Below are positions 50,932 through 61,649 of a stretch of DNA of 64,000 bases, one piece after another; the first letter of the stretch is position 1, and each line of letters opens with the position of its first letter. The stretch spans positions 28,685 through 92,684 of the IMG/VR virus record IMGVR_UViG_3300037553_000311; one strand, written 5' to 3'. This stretch comes from a virus. The notes beneath the pieces were generated by a model, which was given only the letters and a program-made list of their open reading frames with translations, was not told the DNA's origin and did not search any database. A program made the translations under genes and the position numbers.

Positions 50932-51510
50932 ATGAATGAGCTTAATCTTAATGGTCTAGTACGATTGAAAACATCCCAGTTTACCCACGGTATGACACTT
51001 GGTGTATTTGGTGGTAGAGCTAGTCTTAGTGTATTTGATAATAATGGTGGAGGTGGCGGTCCTATTATCAAATTCTTGTTCTCAGAGACTAGCTTGGTGA
51101 TCTTCAAAGAGCTACTTGAGAAATTGCTATCAGATGAGAATATCAAACCTATCGAGATGGGTAATTATCCATATGATAAGGAAACTAAAGCTCGTGTATT
51201 TAGAGCAGCTATCACACTAGGTAGGGATGAGACTGATAAACATGCATACATTACGATCTACGGTGAGAAACATAAAGATCCTATCATGTTTCCATTCTTG
51301 ACAGATGATAGCATTAAGATTGGAAATGGTAATGGTCACAGTGATATCCCAAAGAAAGCGTTGTCTGAATATGGTATCAAGACATTTCTCAGATGCATCA
51401 ATAACTTAATCTCAGTTGGATGTGTTGTGACTAATGAGAAACGAGATACTAGTGGTGGTGGTGGTGGATTTACTGGTGGAACAAGTACTGGAGATGATGT
51501 TCCTTTCTAA
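50932..51510 (+). CDS. Nucleic-acid-binding protein, ChmC/SSB-like candidate
   Basis: Gly-rich tail ending DDVPF; core gene upstream of the gp68-like subunit. Confidence 0.5.
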   Translation: MNELNLNGLVRLKTSQFTHGMTLGVFGGRASLSVFDNNGGGGGPIIKFLFSETSLVIFKELLEKLLSDENIKPIEMGNYPYDKETKARVFRAAITLGRDETDKHAYITIYGEKHKDPIMFPFLTDDSIKIGNGNGHSDIPKKALSEYGIKTFLRCINNLISVGCVVTNEKRDTSGGGGGFTGGTSTGDDVPF

Positions 51511-51542
51511 AAAGTACTATCTTTAATATCCAAATGACTCAT

Positions 51543-51585
51543 TCCATAACGTACCTGTCTGGGTACGTTATGGAGTATTTTTATT
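51543..51585 (+). terminator. Covariant member of the CATAGCATACC hairpin family
   Basis: tccataacgtacc-loop-ggtacgttatgga plus T tract. Confidence 0.75.
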
Positions 51586-51587
51586 TG

Positions 51588-51672
51588 ACGTATATCCCTA
51601 CGTGAAGGTCATATTTGAGCATATTTGGATTTACTACGTACGGTTCTATAGTGGGTGAAAATGGTGTATTTG
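51588..51672 (+). repeat. TACGTG element
   Basis: About 85 bp, near-identical to 10051-10135. Confidence 0.9.
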
Positions 51673-51747
51673 CATTATCTGATATGTTATCTAATCTTAT
51701 AGTTCAGATGACATATCACCTGAACTAGTCGATCAACTCTCACTATC

Positions 51748-51770
51748 TCAAGTATATATTACTACATTAA
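51748..51770 (+). promoter_or_regulatory. Putative early promoter
   Basis: tcaagtatatattactaca. Confidence 0.65.
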
Positions 51771-51902
51771 GTTATACATTAAATCGAAGATCAGTAGCAT
51801 GTCAAGTAGTATCTGATATGCTACCTAATCACTAGATCAGTAGGAGGTATCAAGTAGTATCTGATACCTTCTATTAATCACTAAATCAGTAGGAGATGTA
51901 AT

Positions 51903-52175
51903 ATGATCAGTCATATTTGTGAAAGACGTGCAACAGTACCCAATGATAAAGTATTAATCAGGCATCGGTATATGATACTATCTAAAATAGTAGATATCGA
52001 ACGTAAGTATCTATCTGATCGGACAGTCGTTGAGGATTACCTAAATAAGAAATTATTTATCATCCATCTTATCAGCGAGATTCATGCTGCAAAAACTATC
52101 TCAGATATAGATACTTTATTTGAGGACGCACTTTATAGCGATATGTATTATTCGATAGTATTAGAAACTAAGTAG
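51903..52175 (+). CDS. Small hypothetical protein
   Basis: AGGAG RBS after inverted leader units. Confidence 0.6.
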   Translation: MISHICERRATVPNDKVLIRHRYMILSKIVDIERKYLSDRTVVEDYLNKKLFIIHLISEIHAAKTISDIDTLFEDALYSDMYYSIVLETK

Positions 52176-52225
52176 CATCATAATCTTGGAGATTATGATG
52201 CTACATTCCTTTAGGAGGGAAGTAA

Positions 52226-53782
52226 ATGAGTGACAATTTCATTACACCAACAACTATACAACAAGATACTAAGTATCTATACGCTAAAGTCGGTAACAAT
52301 GTCTTCAACATTAGGACTTTCAGTAATCTACGTGATGTAGGTAATCTCACCCAACCTGAAATATGGGATCAACTAGAGCCAGTTAACTTTTTCATAGATA
52401 CTAATTTCAATGTAGATGAGCGTAAGAAACTCATAGGTATATTCGATGTAGCTAAATCAGCTCTTAGTTATATCAACACTACAGATGCTATGATTAAAGC
52501 TATAGAGTTAATTAATACTACGATATATGATACCTTCACTGAGATCGATTTCATAGAGAGAGTATCTAATTATGTCATCACTGATGATAAGATCACTATA
52601 CCTAACTTAGCTAATAAAGGTGAACGTCCTAGAGATACTGAAGCTATGACGTTTTATAGGGAACATTACGATAGCATTAATAAGATCGTAGTTATGAATA
52701 AGGTACTCTTTCCTATATTTGGTGAGATCATATATAAAGTATCTGTCATAGATGAACTCAGTAATAAGCTAAAAGAGATGTTCGCTGCTGGCATACTGAA
52801 TAAGGTACTAGCTGTGCATTTTAGTGAGATCATATCTAAGCTACAGAACTATATCGCTGTCATTGTAAGTAAGACATTACCTAATGATGAGCTACTATCC
52901 TTTCAAGGGTTCACTAAGGATAATATGGCAGATGATAAGCTAGTGAAGATGTTAGTAAAGAACTTCATTAACATTAGATTATATCGTGAGAAAGGTAACA
53001 TCATGACTAGCATATCAGTAGCTGTTCGTAAATCTACTACATCAGATACTAATGCTAATCGTTCTGTCGTATACATGCCAAGAAATGCTCCAGATCAGAT
53101 GAGTGATGAAGATAGTAATACTAGTACTATGGAACATGAAGGCCATATGTTTAGTGAGACTATTGATATCTCTACACTAGTACAATTCGGTGTGACTAGA
53201 TATATCGATGATATCGTATCGAGTACTCCACGTATCAAGGAAGTATTTGATCCAACATATACATTCTACACACGATCACCATTTCCACCGAGTCCAGTCA
53301 ATGAACTCATATTAGCTATATTCATCAATAGTATCATCGGTAATGCATATGGAGTAAAGCATATCAATGATCAGTCATTCATTAAGTTAGTTACACTTAT
53401 ACAAATCTACATGGTAGATCATGATTTTCATCAACTAGTACCACTGATGTCAATGAAGTATCTAGGTGAAGCTAAAATAGTACCAGATACGATAGATAAT
53501 AGTATCAAGATAAAGGAAGGTATAGGTGTATATTACAGGAATGTAGTAGAGAATCTAGCTCATCTGGATAAGTTCATAGATCGTGAGAAAGTGTTCTCTG
53601 ACTTATCGATATACATAGTAGATCAGTATCATCATTACAATGTACCAGATACATTAGCTATCAATAAGGATTTGTATTGTACTGAGGATAATACTGTAGC
53701 ATATGGACCAGATGTAATATCTGATATATACAGGTTCATCTACCATGTCAAACAGAACCCCACTATACATTGGGGTAAATAA
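52226..53782 (+). CDS. Non-virion RNAP promoter-specificity subunit (phiKZ gp68-like)
   Basis: Size and position; I.IP......R....TFYR.HY....K...PIFGE pattern. Confidence 0.65.
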   Translation: MSDNFITPTTIQQDTKYLYAKVGNNVFNIRTFSNLRDVGNLTQPEIWDQLEPVNFFIDTNFNVDERKKLIGIFDVAKSALSYINTTDAMIKAIELINTTIYDTFTEIDFIERVSNYVITDDKITIPNLANKGERPRDTEAMTFYREHYDSINKIVVMNKVLFPIFGEIIYKVSVIDELSNKLKEMFAAGILNKVLAVHFSEIISKLQNYIAVIVSKTLPNDELLSFQGFTKDNMADDKLVKMLVKNFINIRLYREKGNIMTSISVAVRKSTTSDTNANRSVVYMPRNAPDQMSDEDSNTSTMEHEGHMFSETIDISTLVQFGVTRYIDDIVSSTPRIKEVFDPTYTFYTRSPFPPSPVNELILAIFINSIIGNAYGVKHINDQSFIKLVTLIQIYMVDHDFHQLVPLMSMKYLGEAKIVPDTIDNSIKIKEGIGVYYRNVVENLAHLDKFIDREKVFSDLSIYIVDQYHHYNVPDTLAINKDLYCTEDNTVAYGPDVISDIYRFIYHVKQNPTIHWGK

Positions 53783-53838
53783 TGTAAGTAATTGAGAATA
53801 ATTCTCAACTTAATCTAATATCTTAGGAGGATAGTAAT

Positions 53839-54972
53839 ATGATTAATAATAAACTAGACGATAGTGTATTGATAAGTATCTATAATGATGACATTGATAA
53901 TCGGTTCAATATGGCAACTGTAGATTCTAATAATAACATTATCTGCATTGGACGTACTGGTACTGGGAAACGTAGAGATAGTGTCACATTGATAGTAAAG
54001 TTCGATAGTGACCTTAATGTAGTATCTAAGACTACATGTGGTGATCATAAGGACTTTTTCATAGGAGTAGTTACAGACTCTAATGATAATATTATCTGCG
54101 TTGGTCGCACTACCTCAGATGTAACTTGTGGTGGTGATATACTAATGATGAAGTTCGATAGTGATCTGATGATACTCAATATCAACATATATGATGATAA
54201 TGATATTGATTGGTTCAATGCAGTGACTATAGATGCTAATGATAATATCATCTGCGTTGGACGTACTATCATCTCAGAAGTTTATACTGCATTAGTAGTC
54301 AAGTATGATAGTGACTTTAATGTAGTAGCTAGAAAGACATATAGTGGAGATGATAGTTGGGGTTACTTCAATCAAGCAGTTATGGACTCTACTGGTAATA
54401 TTATCTGTATCGGTAGTACTGATGAAGGTAGTGCGTCAGGGATTAGATGTAGTGATACTCTGATGGTCAAGTATGATAGTGACCTTAATGTAGTAGTTAA
54501 TGTAGTATACGGTGGGACTGATGACGGTAGTTGCGATAGGTTCAGTGAAGTAGCGATTGATTCAAATGATGATATCATCTGCATTGGATATATTAGCTCA
54601 GAAGATTCTGATAGTAGTGATGCACTAATGGTGAAGTTTAGTGGTACGGATCTTAGCTTGATCGTTAAGAAAACATATGGTGACGATTATGGCTATTTCC
54701 ATGGAGTAGCTACATGTACTAATAACGATATCATCTGCATTGGTAGTACTTTCTCAGATAATGATTGGTATACATTAGTAGTGAAGTTAGATAATAGTCT
54801 TAATGTACTAGATAGGAAGATATATGATGGCGATGATGAATTCAGTGAAGTAGCTACTGATACTAATGATGATATCATATGCATTGGACGTACTACCTCA
54901 GAACTACCTGGTAGTTCTGAATATCCTAATCGTGTAGATGCATTAATAGTGAAGTATGATAAATGGGGATGA
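53839..54972 (+). CDS. Beta-propeller repeat protein (paralog family)
   Basis: Seven repeats; C-terminal segment identical to that of 29901-30605. Confidence 0.85.
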   Translation: MINNKLDDSVLISIYNDDIDNRFNMATVDSNNNIICIGRTGTGKRRDSVTLIVKFDSDLNVVSKTTCGDHKDFFIGVVTDSNDNIICVGRTTSDVTCGGDILMMKFDSDLMILNINIYDDNDIDWFNAVTIDANDNIICVGRTIISEVYTALVVKYDSDFNVVARKTYSGDDSWGYFNQAVMDSTGNIICIGSTDEGSASGIRCSDTLMVKYDSDLNVVVNVVYGGTDDGSCDRFSEVAIDSNDDIICIGYISSEDSDSSDALMVKFSGTDLSLIVKKTYGDDYGYFHGVATCTNNDIICIGSTFSDNDWYTLVVKLDNSLNVLDRKIYDGDDEFSEVATDTNDDIICIGRTTSELPGSSEYPNRVDALIVKYDKWG

Positions 54973-54975
54973 AGT

Positions 54976-56058
54976 ATGATAGATATTGTGAGTAGTTATG
55001 ACATCAGTAGGGATATCGGGAGTCATGTCAAATTAGAGACTGACTTATGGATATATCCAGATATGGATGACATGACATGGGGTATGGATAATCCAGGAAT
55101 AAGGCTACTGTCTAATTGTGCTAATCGTATATCGCAAGGATCATATGTCATGCGCAGTGATGTGCAAATTATGAAGCTACATGGATTCATGTCAACTGGT
55201 AGATATTGTGAGATCATACAGTTTAAATTAGGATCAGTACCGATCCCTGTAATCATTAGGATAGAATCTGATACCTCATCAGTCATGAAGGAGTACCTGA
55301 TCTATGATAATATCTTAAAGGTGAGATCTACCATATTCAACATGTCAATTGATGGATCGTCCATATTCCATGACATATCGTCAATTGCATTATTACGTCA
55401 AGAGCCATATATATCTGGTAATCTTACACACTTATTACTAGGTAGTGAATCGAGTACTATATCGCTCATACCTAATGATCTGATGATGGCTAATCTCACT
55501 GACGCTATAATAAATGCAATATATGATACACTCATAAACTTTGAATTAGTGCGTAATTTCATCTCTACTGTATTTGATAACTTATCATCTAAAGTGATAT
55601 TTCAACTATATAGTGATCTGACTTACAGTAACTATAGGAGGATGGATAATATAAGTCCACATGTAGTACCGTGTAGTGACATATGTGATGGTAATGTCGG
55701 TAGTATAAAACTATTATCTGATATGAGTAGATTAGCTAATATTACATTAGATACATTTGAACTAGAAGTACTCATCAAATCACATGGTGAGGTACTAGTA
55801 AATATACTCGATACATCCAGTCTAATCACTAGGTATAAGATACCAGATGACTCTGTAAATGATACATTATATTGGACATCGCTGAGTATACTCAATGAGC
55901 TATATCGTAATGATCTTACAGGTATCGCTACAGTCAATTTTAAGAAGCATTCTAATGATACATTAGTAATACATGCAATACATGATAATGGTACTGAGAT
56001 GCGATGGTCATATGATTTAATTATGCTATCGGTATTATCACCCATGATTCACATCTAA
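54976..56058 (+). CDS. Hypothetical protein
   Basis: 360-aa ORF with no recognisable motif. Confidence 0.65.
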   Translation: MIDIVSSYDISRDIGSHVKLETDLWIYPDMDDMTWGMDNPGIRLLSNCANRISQGSYVMRSDVQIMKLHGFMSTGRYCEIIQFKLGSVPIPVIIRIESDTSSVMKEYLIYDNILKVRSTIFNMSIDGSSIFHDISSIALLRQEPYISGNLTHLLLGSESSTISLIPNDLMMANLTDAIINAIYDTLINFELVRNFISTVFDNLSSKVIFQLYSDLTYSNYRRMDNISPHVVPCSDICDGNVGSIKLLSDMSRLANITLDTFELEVLIKSHGEVLVNILDTSSLITRYKIPDDSVNDTLYWTSLSILNELYRNDLTGIATVNFKKHSNDTLVIHAIHDNGTEMRWSYDLIMLSVLSPMIHI

Positions 56059-56132
56059 TCATAGGGTGAATCATAGGTGATGATGCTATTATTATCACTC
56101 ATGATTCACATCTAATCAGGAGAATAATCGAT

Positions 56133-56762
56133 ATGAGTAAATATGCACAGTATCAAATGGTATACAATCTATTCGATTCACATATCATCCTATCGCAACT
56201 CAATGGTGATTCTATCATCGAGCGATACAATAGTAGTAACCGCATCGTAAATAGTAATCTAGTACGTGATGCTAAACTGTATGATATGACGGTAACGTCA
56301 GATATTATATTATGTATCGGTAGTCATGGGAGTACTGGGGTGATCATGACGTACGATTTCAATCTAGAACAGGATGATTGGTATAAATCATTAGATACTA
56401 TATATACTAGAATAGATTCATTATCATCTGGTTATTTCGTGTCTAATGATAGTAAGATAGCTATATTAGATAAAGACCTATGTGAGGTCAGAAATAATCA
56501 ACGAGATACTCACATACATGATGCTATGTCATTACAGGATGGGTCAATTATCACTATAGAATCTAAATCAGATGATAAGCTCATCTATGTCAATAAGTAC
56601 TCAGATGAGCTAGTTCGTATTAAGACTATAAGTTTTGGATCTAGTAAGTCGTATGCATTACATGATATCTATGCTGATGATGATAATGTATACATCAATG
56701 GAACAGATGCAGGTATCGAGTTTACACTCAAGTTATCACATGATTTAATAGTGAAATCGTGA
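56133..56762 (+). CDS. Hypothetical protein, possibly a highly divergent propeller
   Basis: ILCIG, YDFNL and YINGT remnants; AGGAG RBS. Confidence 0.6.
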   Translation: MSKYAQYQMVYNLFDSHIILSQLNGDSIIERYNSSNRIVNSNLVRDAKLYDMTVTSDIILCIGSHGSTGVIMTYDFNLEQDDWYKSLDTIYTRIDSLSSGYFVSNDSKIAILDKDLCEVRNNQRDTHIHDAMSLQDGSIITIESKSDDKLIYVNKYSDELVRIKTISFGSSKSYALHDIYADDDNVYINGTDAGIEFTLKLSHDLIVKS

Positions 56763-56771
56763 CATATATCA

Positions 56772-56827
56772 CCTCATAGCATACCAGATAGGTATGCTAT
56801 GAGGAATGTGTTCATATCTTTTTATTA
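56772..56827 (+). terminator. CATAGCATACC hairpin
   Basis: Loop agata, the reverse complement of the tatct loop at 24724. Confidence 0.75.
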
Positions 56828-56874
56828 TGTAAAAAGATACCATAGGGTGTACTGTAGGTAGTGAGTCACTAATC

Positions 56875-56897
56875 TCAGGTATATATTACTATAGTAG
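56875..56897 (+). promoter_or_regulatory. Putative early promoter
   Basis: tcaggtatatattactatagtag. Confidence 0.75.
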
Positions 56898-57001
56898 AGT
56901 ATCAAGTATTATCCGATACTCTACATGATCTAGTGATTAGTAAGTAAGTACAATCAGATACTACATATCAAACACACTAAATTCCTTTAGGAGGGAAGCA
57001 A

Positions 57002-58486
57002 ATGATACAACAAGCACCGACAGATCAACTCATTAGTAATATAGGAAATATCGAAGCTGGGAATAGTTTCTTATTCTTATTCACATCACGGGAGATGAAA
57101 GATCATTATAAGCGACCACTGACTTATAACTTCAACCCATCCATGTTAAATACTATCTCAGATAAGATAATGAATCGTCCAACGATGGCACCGATAGATC
57201 ATATCATCAATGATCCATGTATGTCTACTGCGATATTACCATCGTCACTAGGTGAGCATGTTGGTACATCTGCATATAGCTCTAACTGGACATTTGTAAT
57301 CATCATAGATGAGAATGTACTAGCTGGTGGATTTACTAGCAATACCGTAACGAACAGGCATATCTTGATTGGAATATGTATGGATGAGCCTATTTCACCA
57401 CAAGGAATACATTCAGCTACCCCTGAGGCTTACTTGAATCCTACATGTAGTCTAGTCATTACACGTAAGATGGTAATCAATCGATATGTGACTGCTGGAG
57501 TATCTGGACATACATCTAATATGAAAGTAGTAGATGATACCAATATAGCAAACTACCATGATGGTATATGGGGAACTAATGAATTCCATAGCCTCAGTCC
57601 AAGTAAGACGATAGGATCTATTATCACGGATACAGATGGTATGACTAGTATCATAGATTCTGGTGAGAGTCTTAATTGTAGACGATCTATAGATATCACA
57701 TCATCAATGGAATCACCAAAGAAACATCTAAAGAATATATTAGTTGGATTAGATAGTGCTAATCAGCAATATATGTTTATGAATGAGCTAGGTGATTATG
57801 GAAATGACTCAGTCACATTAAATGATCCTTCTGAATCATTCAGAGATGAAGCTATCACTCAGATAGCTAATCTTGATAGTAGATCTAATAGTCCTAGTAC
57901 TTCTGGAGTATCATCTTTAGTAGATAGTGGATATGTCACTATCGGTATGATTCGGACCAATTATCATCCAAAGCTCTTAGTAATAGAAACACCAGTACAG
58001 ACACAAGCAGATGTTATCCCTCAGCATGAGACAAGTATCAATAATATCTACTCATCATTAGTATGTGCATGTCTTCCTTCATATATCAACTCAGTTGGAT
58101 TGTCATCAGTATCATTTATGTATAATTCATCAGCAGAAGCTATTCAACTTATTCATATAGAATCAGTGATAGCTACTACACAAGATGATCTCAATAGGAG
58201 ATGGAATGCTCTGAAGTTCATATTGAATAATGAGCTATTCGGTATGCTACTTCAGAATGGTCATTTCGATATGCAAGCTACATGTAATATTAATAGTACT
58301 ACCAATGTGGTACTAAACTTTCTAGATTTCACGCTATTACCAGATGGTGCAATCTATGAGGAGAATACTATATTAGGAGGTATCGTATCACCACTGATCG
58401 GTACTAAAGATAACGTAATCAATAATAGTCATCAGCTATCACATCTAATACAGAATGTGGCTGATATGACAGAATATTCTTATTAA
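57002..58486 (+). CDS. phiKZ gp69-like core protein (PicA/Imp1 nuclear import factor candidate)
   Basis: Core gene after the gp68-like gene, of similar size. Based mainly on synteny. Confidence 0.5.
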   Translation: MIQQAPTDQLISNIGNIEAGNSFLFLFTSREMKDHYKRPLTYNFNPSMLNTISDKIMNRPTMAPIDHIINDPCMSTAILPSSLGEHVGTSAYSSNWTFVIIIDENVLAGGFTSNTVTNRHILIGICMDEPISPQGIHSATPEAYLNPTCSLVITRKMVINRYVTAGVSGHTSNMKVVDDTNIANYHDGIWGTNEFHSLSPSKTIGSIITDTDGMTSIIDSGESLNCRRSIDITSSMESPKKHLKNILVGLDSANQQYMFMNELGDYGNDSVTLNDPSESFRDEAITQIANLDSRSNSPSTSGVSSLVDSGYVTIGMIRTNYHPKLLVIETPVQTQADVIPQHETSINNIYSSLVCACLPSYINSVGLSSVSFMYNSSAEAIQLIHIESVIATTQDDLNRRWNALKFILNNELFGMLLQNGHFDMQATCNINSTTNVVLNFLDFTLLPDGAIYEENTILGGIVSPLIGTKDNVINNSHQLSHLIQNVADMTEYSY

Positions 58487-58504
58487 GCACACTGGAGATA
58501 TATC

Positions 58505-59608
58505 ATGGGAGTTAAATTTCAACAAGTAGTAGATTTCTATAGATACCTGATAGAGTTAGGTGGTATTTATGAAGTAGATGGTGATAATTATATCACTAGG
58601 AGAGATGATGATTCTACTCCAGTCACAATGAAAGTGAAAGGTAAGATCAGACCACTTCTCATATTGCAAGAGAAGATCACTGATGATAATGCTATCATCA
58701 TTAATGTACTGAATGAGAATCTCAGAGAATCTATAGATTCTAAATGGATGTATGCTATGCTAGCTGGTGGGTTATATCGCAGATTATATAACATCATTGA
58801 GACTATGCAGATCATTATCAGTGCTCCAGATGAATCATGGGATGCTGATACATTAGATTTCGTATCTAAGTACTCAGCTCGTGTAGATGCTAGACTCTTA
58901 TCTCATTTCAAGATAGTGACAGATAAGAAGTTAGAGTTCACTAACGTATTTTATAATAGGAAACTCAAGCAAGCTATATTTCGCTGTAAGTTATTTGAGA
59001 CTATAGAGTCAGATGAGTTTAGTAATATCACTAAGAAGAGTATGAAGACTATGATCGATATCTTTAGTGAGTTATTTGATGTACCTAAAGTAAATCCTAG
59101 TAGTAGTATCATGGAGAAGTTCTCATCTAAGTCTGATCTGATTACTAGTCCTAAGATTGATGCTATCCTTCGTACATACCTTAAAGTATATACGCAACTG
59201 AATCCATTTCTGAATAAGATCGATCCTGATCTAGTAGTAGATCTCACTACCATGGGGAACTATATTGAAATGTTACCAGATCTATATGATAAGGTAAAAT
59301 GGTTTTCAGGTGTAGCATCTGATGTAGGTGCACCTGGTACTAAAGATATCAAGGTAGCTACTTCAGCTATTCCATTAGGTAATGAACCAGTACAGATGAC
59401 ATTACCTGTACCTGAAAGTTCCACTTCTGAGATACCATTAGGTACTTCAGCACCAATGATGCATCAGCATCAATTAGGTAGTCCACCAATGATGCATCAG
59501 CAACAATTAAATCATCCATTACAGATGATGAATAATGCTCCACCGCAGTATGGTGGATTTAATCAACAAGCTCTACCGCAACAACAGTATAATATCCCGA
59601 TCAGATGA
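58505..59608 (+). CDS. phiKZ gp70-like core protein with Q/P/N-rich tail
   Basis: Synteny; L.E.....S pattern; low-complexity C-terminus. Confidence 0.5.
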   Translation: MGVKFQQVVDFYRYLIELGGIYEVDGDNYITRRDDDSTPVTMKVKGKIRPLLILQEKITDDNAIIINVLNENLRESIDSKWMYAMLAGGLYRRLYNIIETMQIIISAPDESWDADTLDFVSKYSARVDARLLSHFKIVTDKKLEFTNVFYNRKLKQAIFRCKLFETIESDEFSNITKKSMKTMIDIFSELFDVPKVNPSSSIMEKFSSKSDLITSPKIDAILRTYLKVYTQLNPFLNKIDPDLVVDLTTMGNYIEMLPDLYDKVKWFSGVASDVGAPGTKDIKVATSAIPLGNEPVQMTLPVPESSTSEIPLGTSAPMMHQHQLGSPPMMHQQQLNHPLQMMNNAPPQYGGFNQQALPQQQYNIPIR

Positions 59609-59702
59609 TATATAATCATAGCACACCTACACATGGTAGGTATGCTATGATTATTTCACACAGATGGTTAGTTTTCTACTTATTCTTTTTTATGGAGTAG
59701 CT

Positions 59703-60527
59703 ATGAGTAAAGATAATAATTTCAATGTATATATTGGTATCGTGGTGGAAGATCGTACAGATACGTCTAGAGTGCTAAAAGTATACTGTCCAGAGTTGCT
59801 ACCATATTACTCAGGTGAGATCAAAGATACTACTACTACTGAGACATTTAACATACGTGATGAGCTAAATGAGATAGATGCGTCTAGTGATGTCAAAACT
59901 ACGAATGCATTCACAGCAGAATGGTTTGGTGATACTAATCGAGTATTCCCACCTAATATGGTAAAAGGTGAACAAGTACTATTACTGAGGTATCAGGATA
60001 ATGATATCTACTATTGGTTACCTATAGGGAGAGATGATATATTACGTAGGTTTGAAACTCATCGGGTAGCTATTGCTAATATAGCTACTGAAGGAGTAAA
60101 GTTACTAGATGATGGTAATACATACTTCATAGAATTAGATACTAGGAATAAGAAACGTGTACGTATATGTACTAGTAAATCAGATGGTGAATCATTTAGA
60201 TATCAGATCATGATAGATGCTGATAATGACTTAATCACTATAGAGGATGATGCTGGGAATGATATCGTACTCAGATCTAATATACCTCAGATAGTAATGA
60301 CTAATAATAAAGGTACTACAGTAGATCTCAATGCAGTAGATATATTACTAAGTGCACCTAATAATGTCACTATCAATGCTGGGAATAAGATAAATGTCAC
60401 ATCTAAATCTACCACGACTATCTCACCGAGTAATCTCATCATCAATAGTGATACTACTGTAAATGGTAATACAACTGTAAATGGTGTCATTAATAGTGAC
60501 GGTATGGTATCACCTTACTATAATTGA
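59703..60527 (+). CDS. Baseplate central spike/OB-fold tail protein
   Basis: IGIVVED, AEW..NR..PP...GEQV and YYW, followed by beta-helix-like repeats; GGAG RBS. Confidence 0.7.
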   Translation: MSKDNNFNVYIGIVVEDRTDTSRVLKVYCPELLPYYSGEIKDTTTTETFNIRDELNEIDASSDVKTTNAFTAEWFGDTNRVFPPNMVKGEQVLLLRYQDNDIYYWLPIGRDDILRRFETHRVAIANIATEGVKLLDDGNTYFIELDTRNKKRVRICTSKSDGESFRYQIMIDADNDLITIEDDAGNDIVLRSNIPQIVMTNNKGTTVDLNAVDILLSAPNNVTINAGNKINVTSKSTTTISPSNLIINSDTTVNGNTTVNGVINSDGMVSPYYN

Positions 60528-60618
60528 TTATAATTCATATCGCACTATTAGCATGAGTAGATGTCTTTTACTCATGCTAATAGTGAGGTGTGATCTCATA
60601 ATACACGGAGAATATATC

Positions 60619-61059
60619 ATGTTTACAAAAGCTAACAAGAATACATTATCACCTAGTATGATCTTAGAGAGTAATAGTATCATAGATGATATCATATCTA
60701 TCTGGATAAGTAAAGAGATGAAGAGTATCAAGACAGCTTCTAAATTAAGTGAACTCATAGTCATCAATCTTAAGATACTAGTACAGAATGTAGTAGATGG
60801 TGAGTTGATGAGAGATTACATGATGACGCAATCTACCGATACTGATTTCATCATGAGTAGGATACAAGATCTATACATCTATATTAACTTACATGTCCCT
60901 ACTGAGATACTCGAATATAAGAAAGCATCTATGTCAGCAGCACTCACTGATATAACTATCAAATCAATGTCTGATACTAATGGAATATCTAATATAGCTT
61001 GGTTACTATTCGAGATCCAACATGCATTGAGATATCATACTCAACCTAAAATCACATAG
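60619..61059 (+). CDS. Hypothetical protein
   Basis: GGAG RBS before the ATG at 60619. Confidence 0.6.
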   Translation: MFTKANKNTLSPSMILESNSIIDDIISIWISKEMKSIKTASKLSELIVINLKILVQNVVDGELMRDYMMTQSTDTDFIMSRIQDLYIYINLHVPTEILEYKKASMSAALTDITIKSMSDTNGISNIAWLLFEIQHALRYHTQPKIT

Positions 61060-61402
61060 GTGTCAGTCTAGATGTCTGATACTTTCTATATAGATTAGTG
61101 ACATCGTTCCTATTGGGTACTAATATGTATGATAACTTAGTGAAGTCCTCAAATAGATTCAGATCATTCATCAAACGTACTATCCAGTATACTGACATAT
61201 CGACATTATTATCTAGTAAGAAATGTTCTAATTTATGTAAATATACACTACGCACTGCATCATCTATACTTAGTACATTGGCATTCTTCCTCAGGTGATG
61301 TACTTGATCTGTAATGAAAATCACCCAAGCATAATCTAAGTTATCTACTAACTTTAACTTCTTATCTAACTTACCTTTTAGTGTCATGTTCGATACTCCC
61401 AT
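61052..61402 (-). CDS. Small conserved protein, baseplate wedge/LysM-like
   Basis: YWIV..MN.L.....L..ILVP motif. Confidence 0.55.
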   Translation of the reverse strand: MGVSNMTLKGKLDKKLKLVDNLDYAWVIFITDQVHHLRKNANVLSIDDAVRSVYLHKLEHFLLDNNVDMSVYWIVRLMNDLNLFEDFTKLSYILVPNRNDVTNLYRKYQTSRLTPM

Positions 61403-61467
61403 CTTTTATATGATATACTATCTCATCAGTCTCATAAGATATCTATTATATTCACATGTTGTCTATT

Positions 61468-61490
61468 TCAGGTATATATCACTATAGTAG
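61468..61490 (+). promoter_or_regulatory. Putative early promoter of the nvRNAP beta gene
   Basis: tcaggtatatatcactatagtag. Confidence 0.7.
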
Positions 61491-61649
61491 AGATGCATCA
61501 GATAATACTTGATGTATCTCTACATGATCTAGCGATTAGTAGAAGGTATCAGATAATACTTGATACCTACCACTGATCTAGTGATTAGTAAGTAAGTACA
61601 ATCAGATACTACATATCAAACACACTAAATTCCTTTAGGAGGGAAACTT

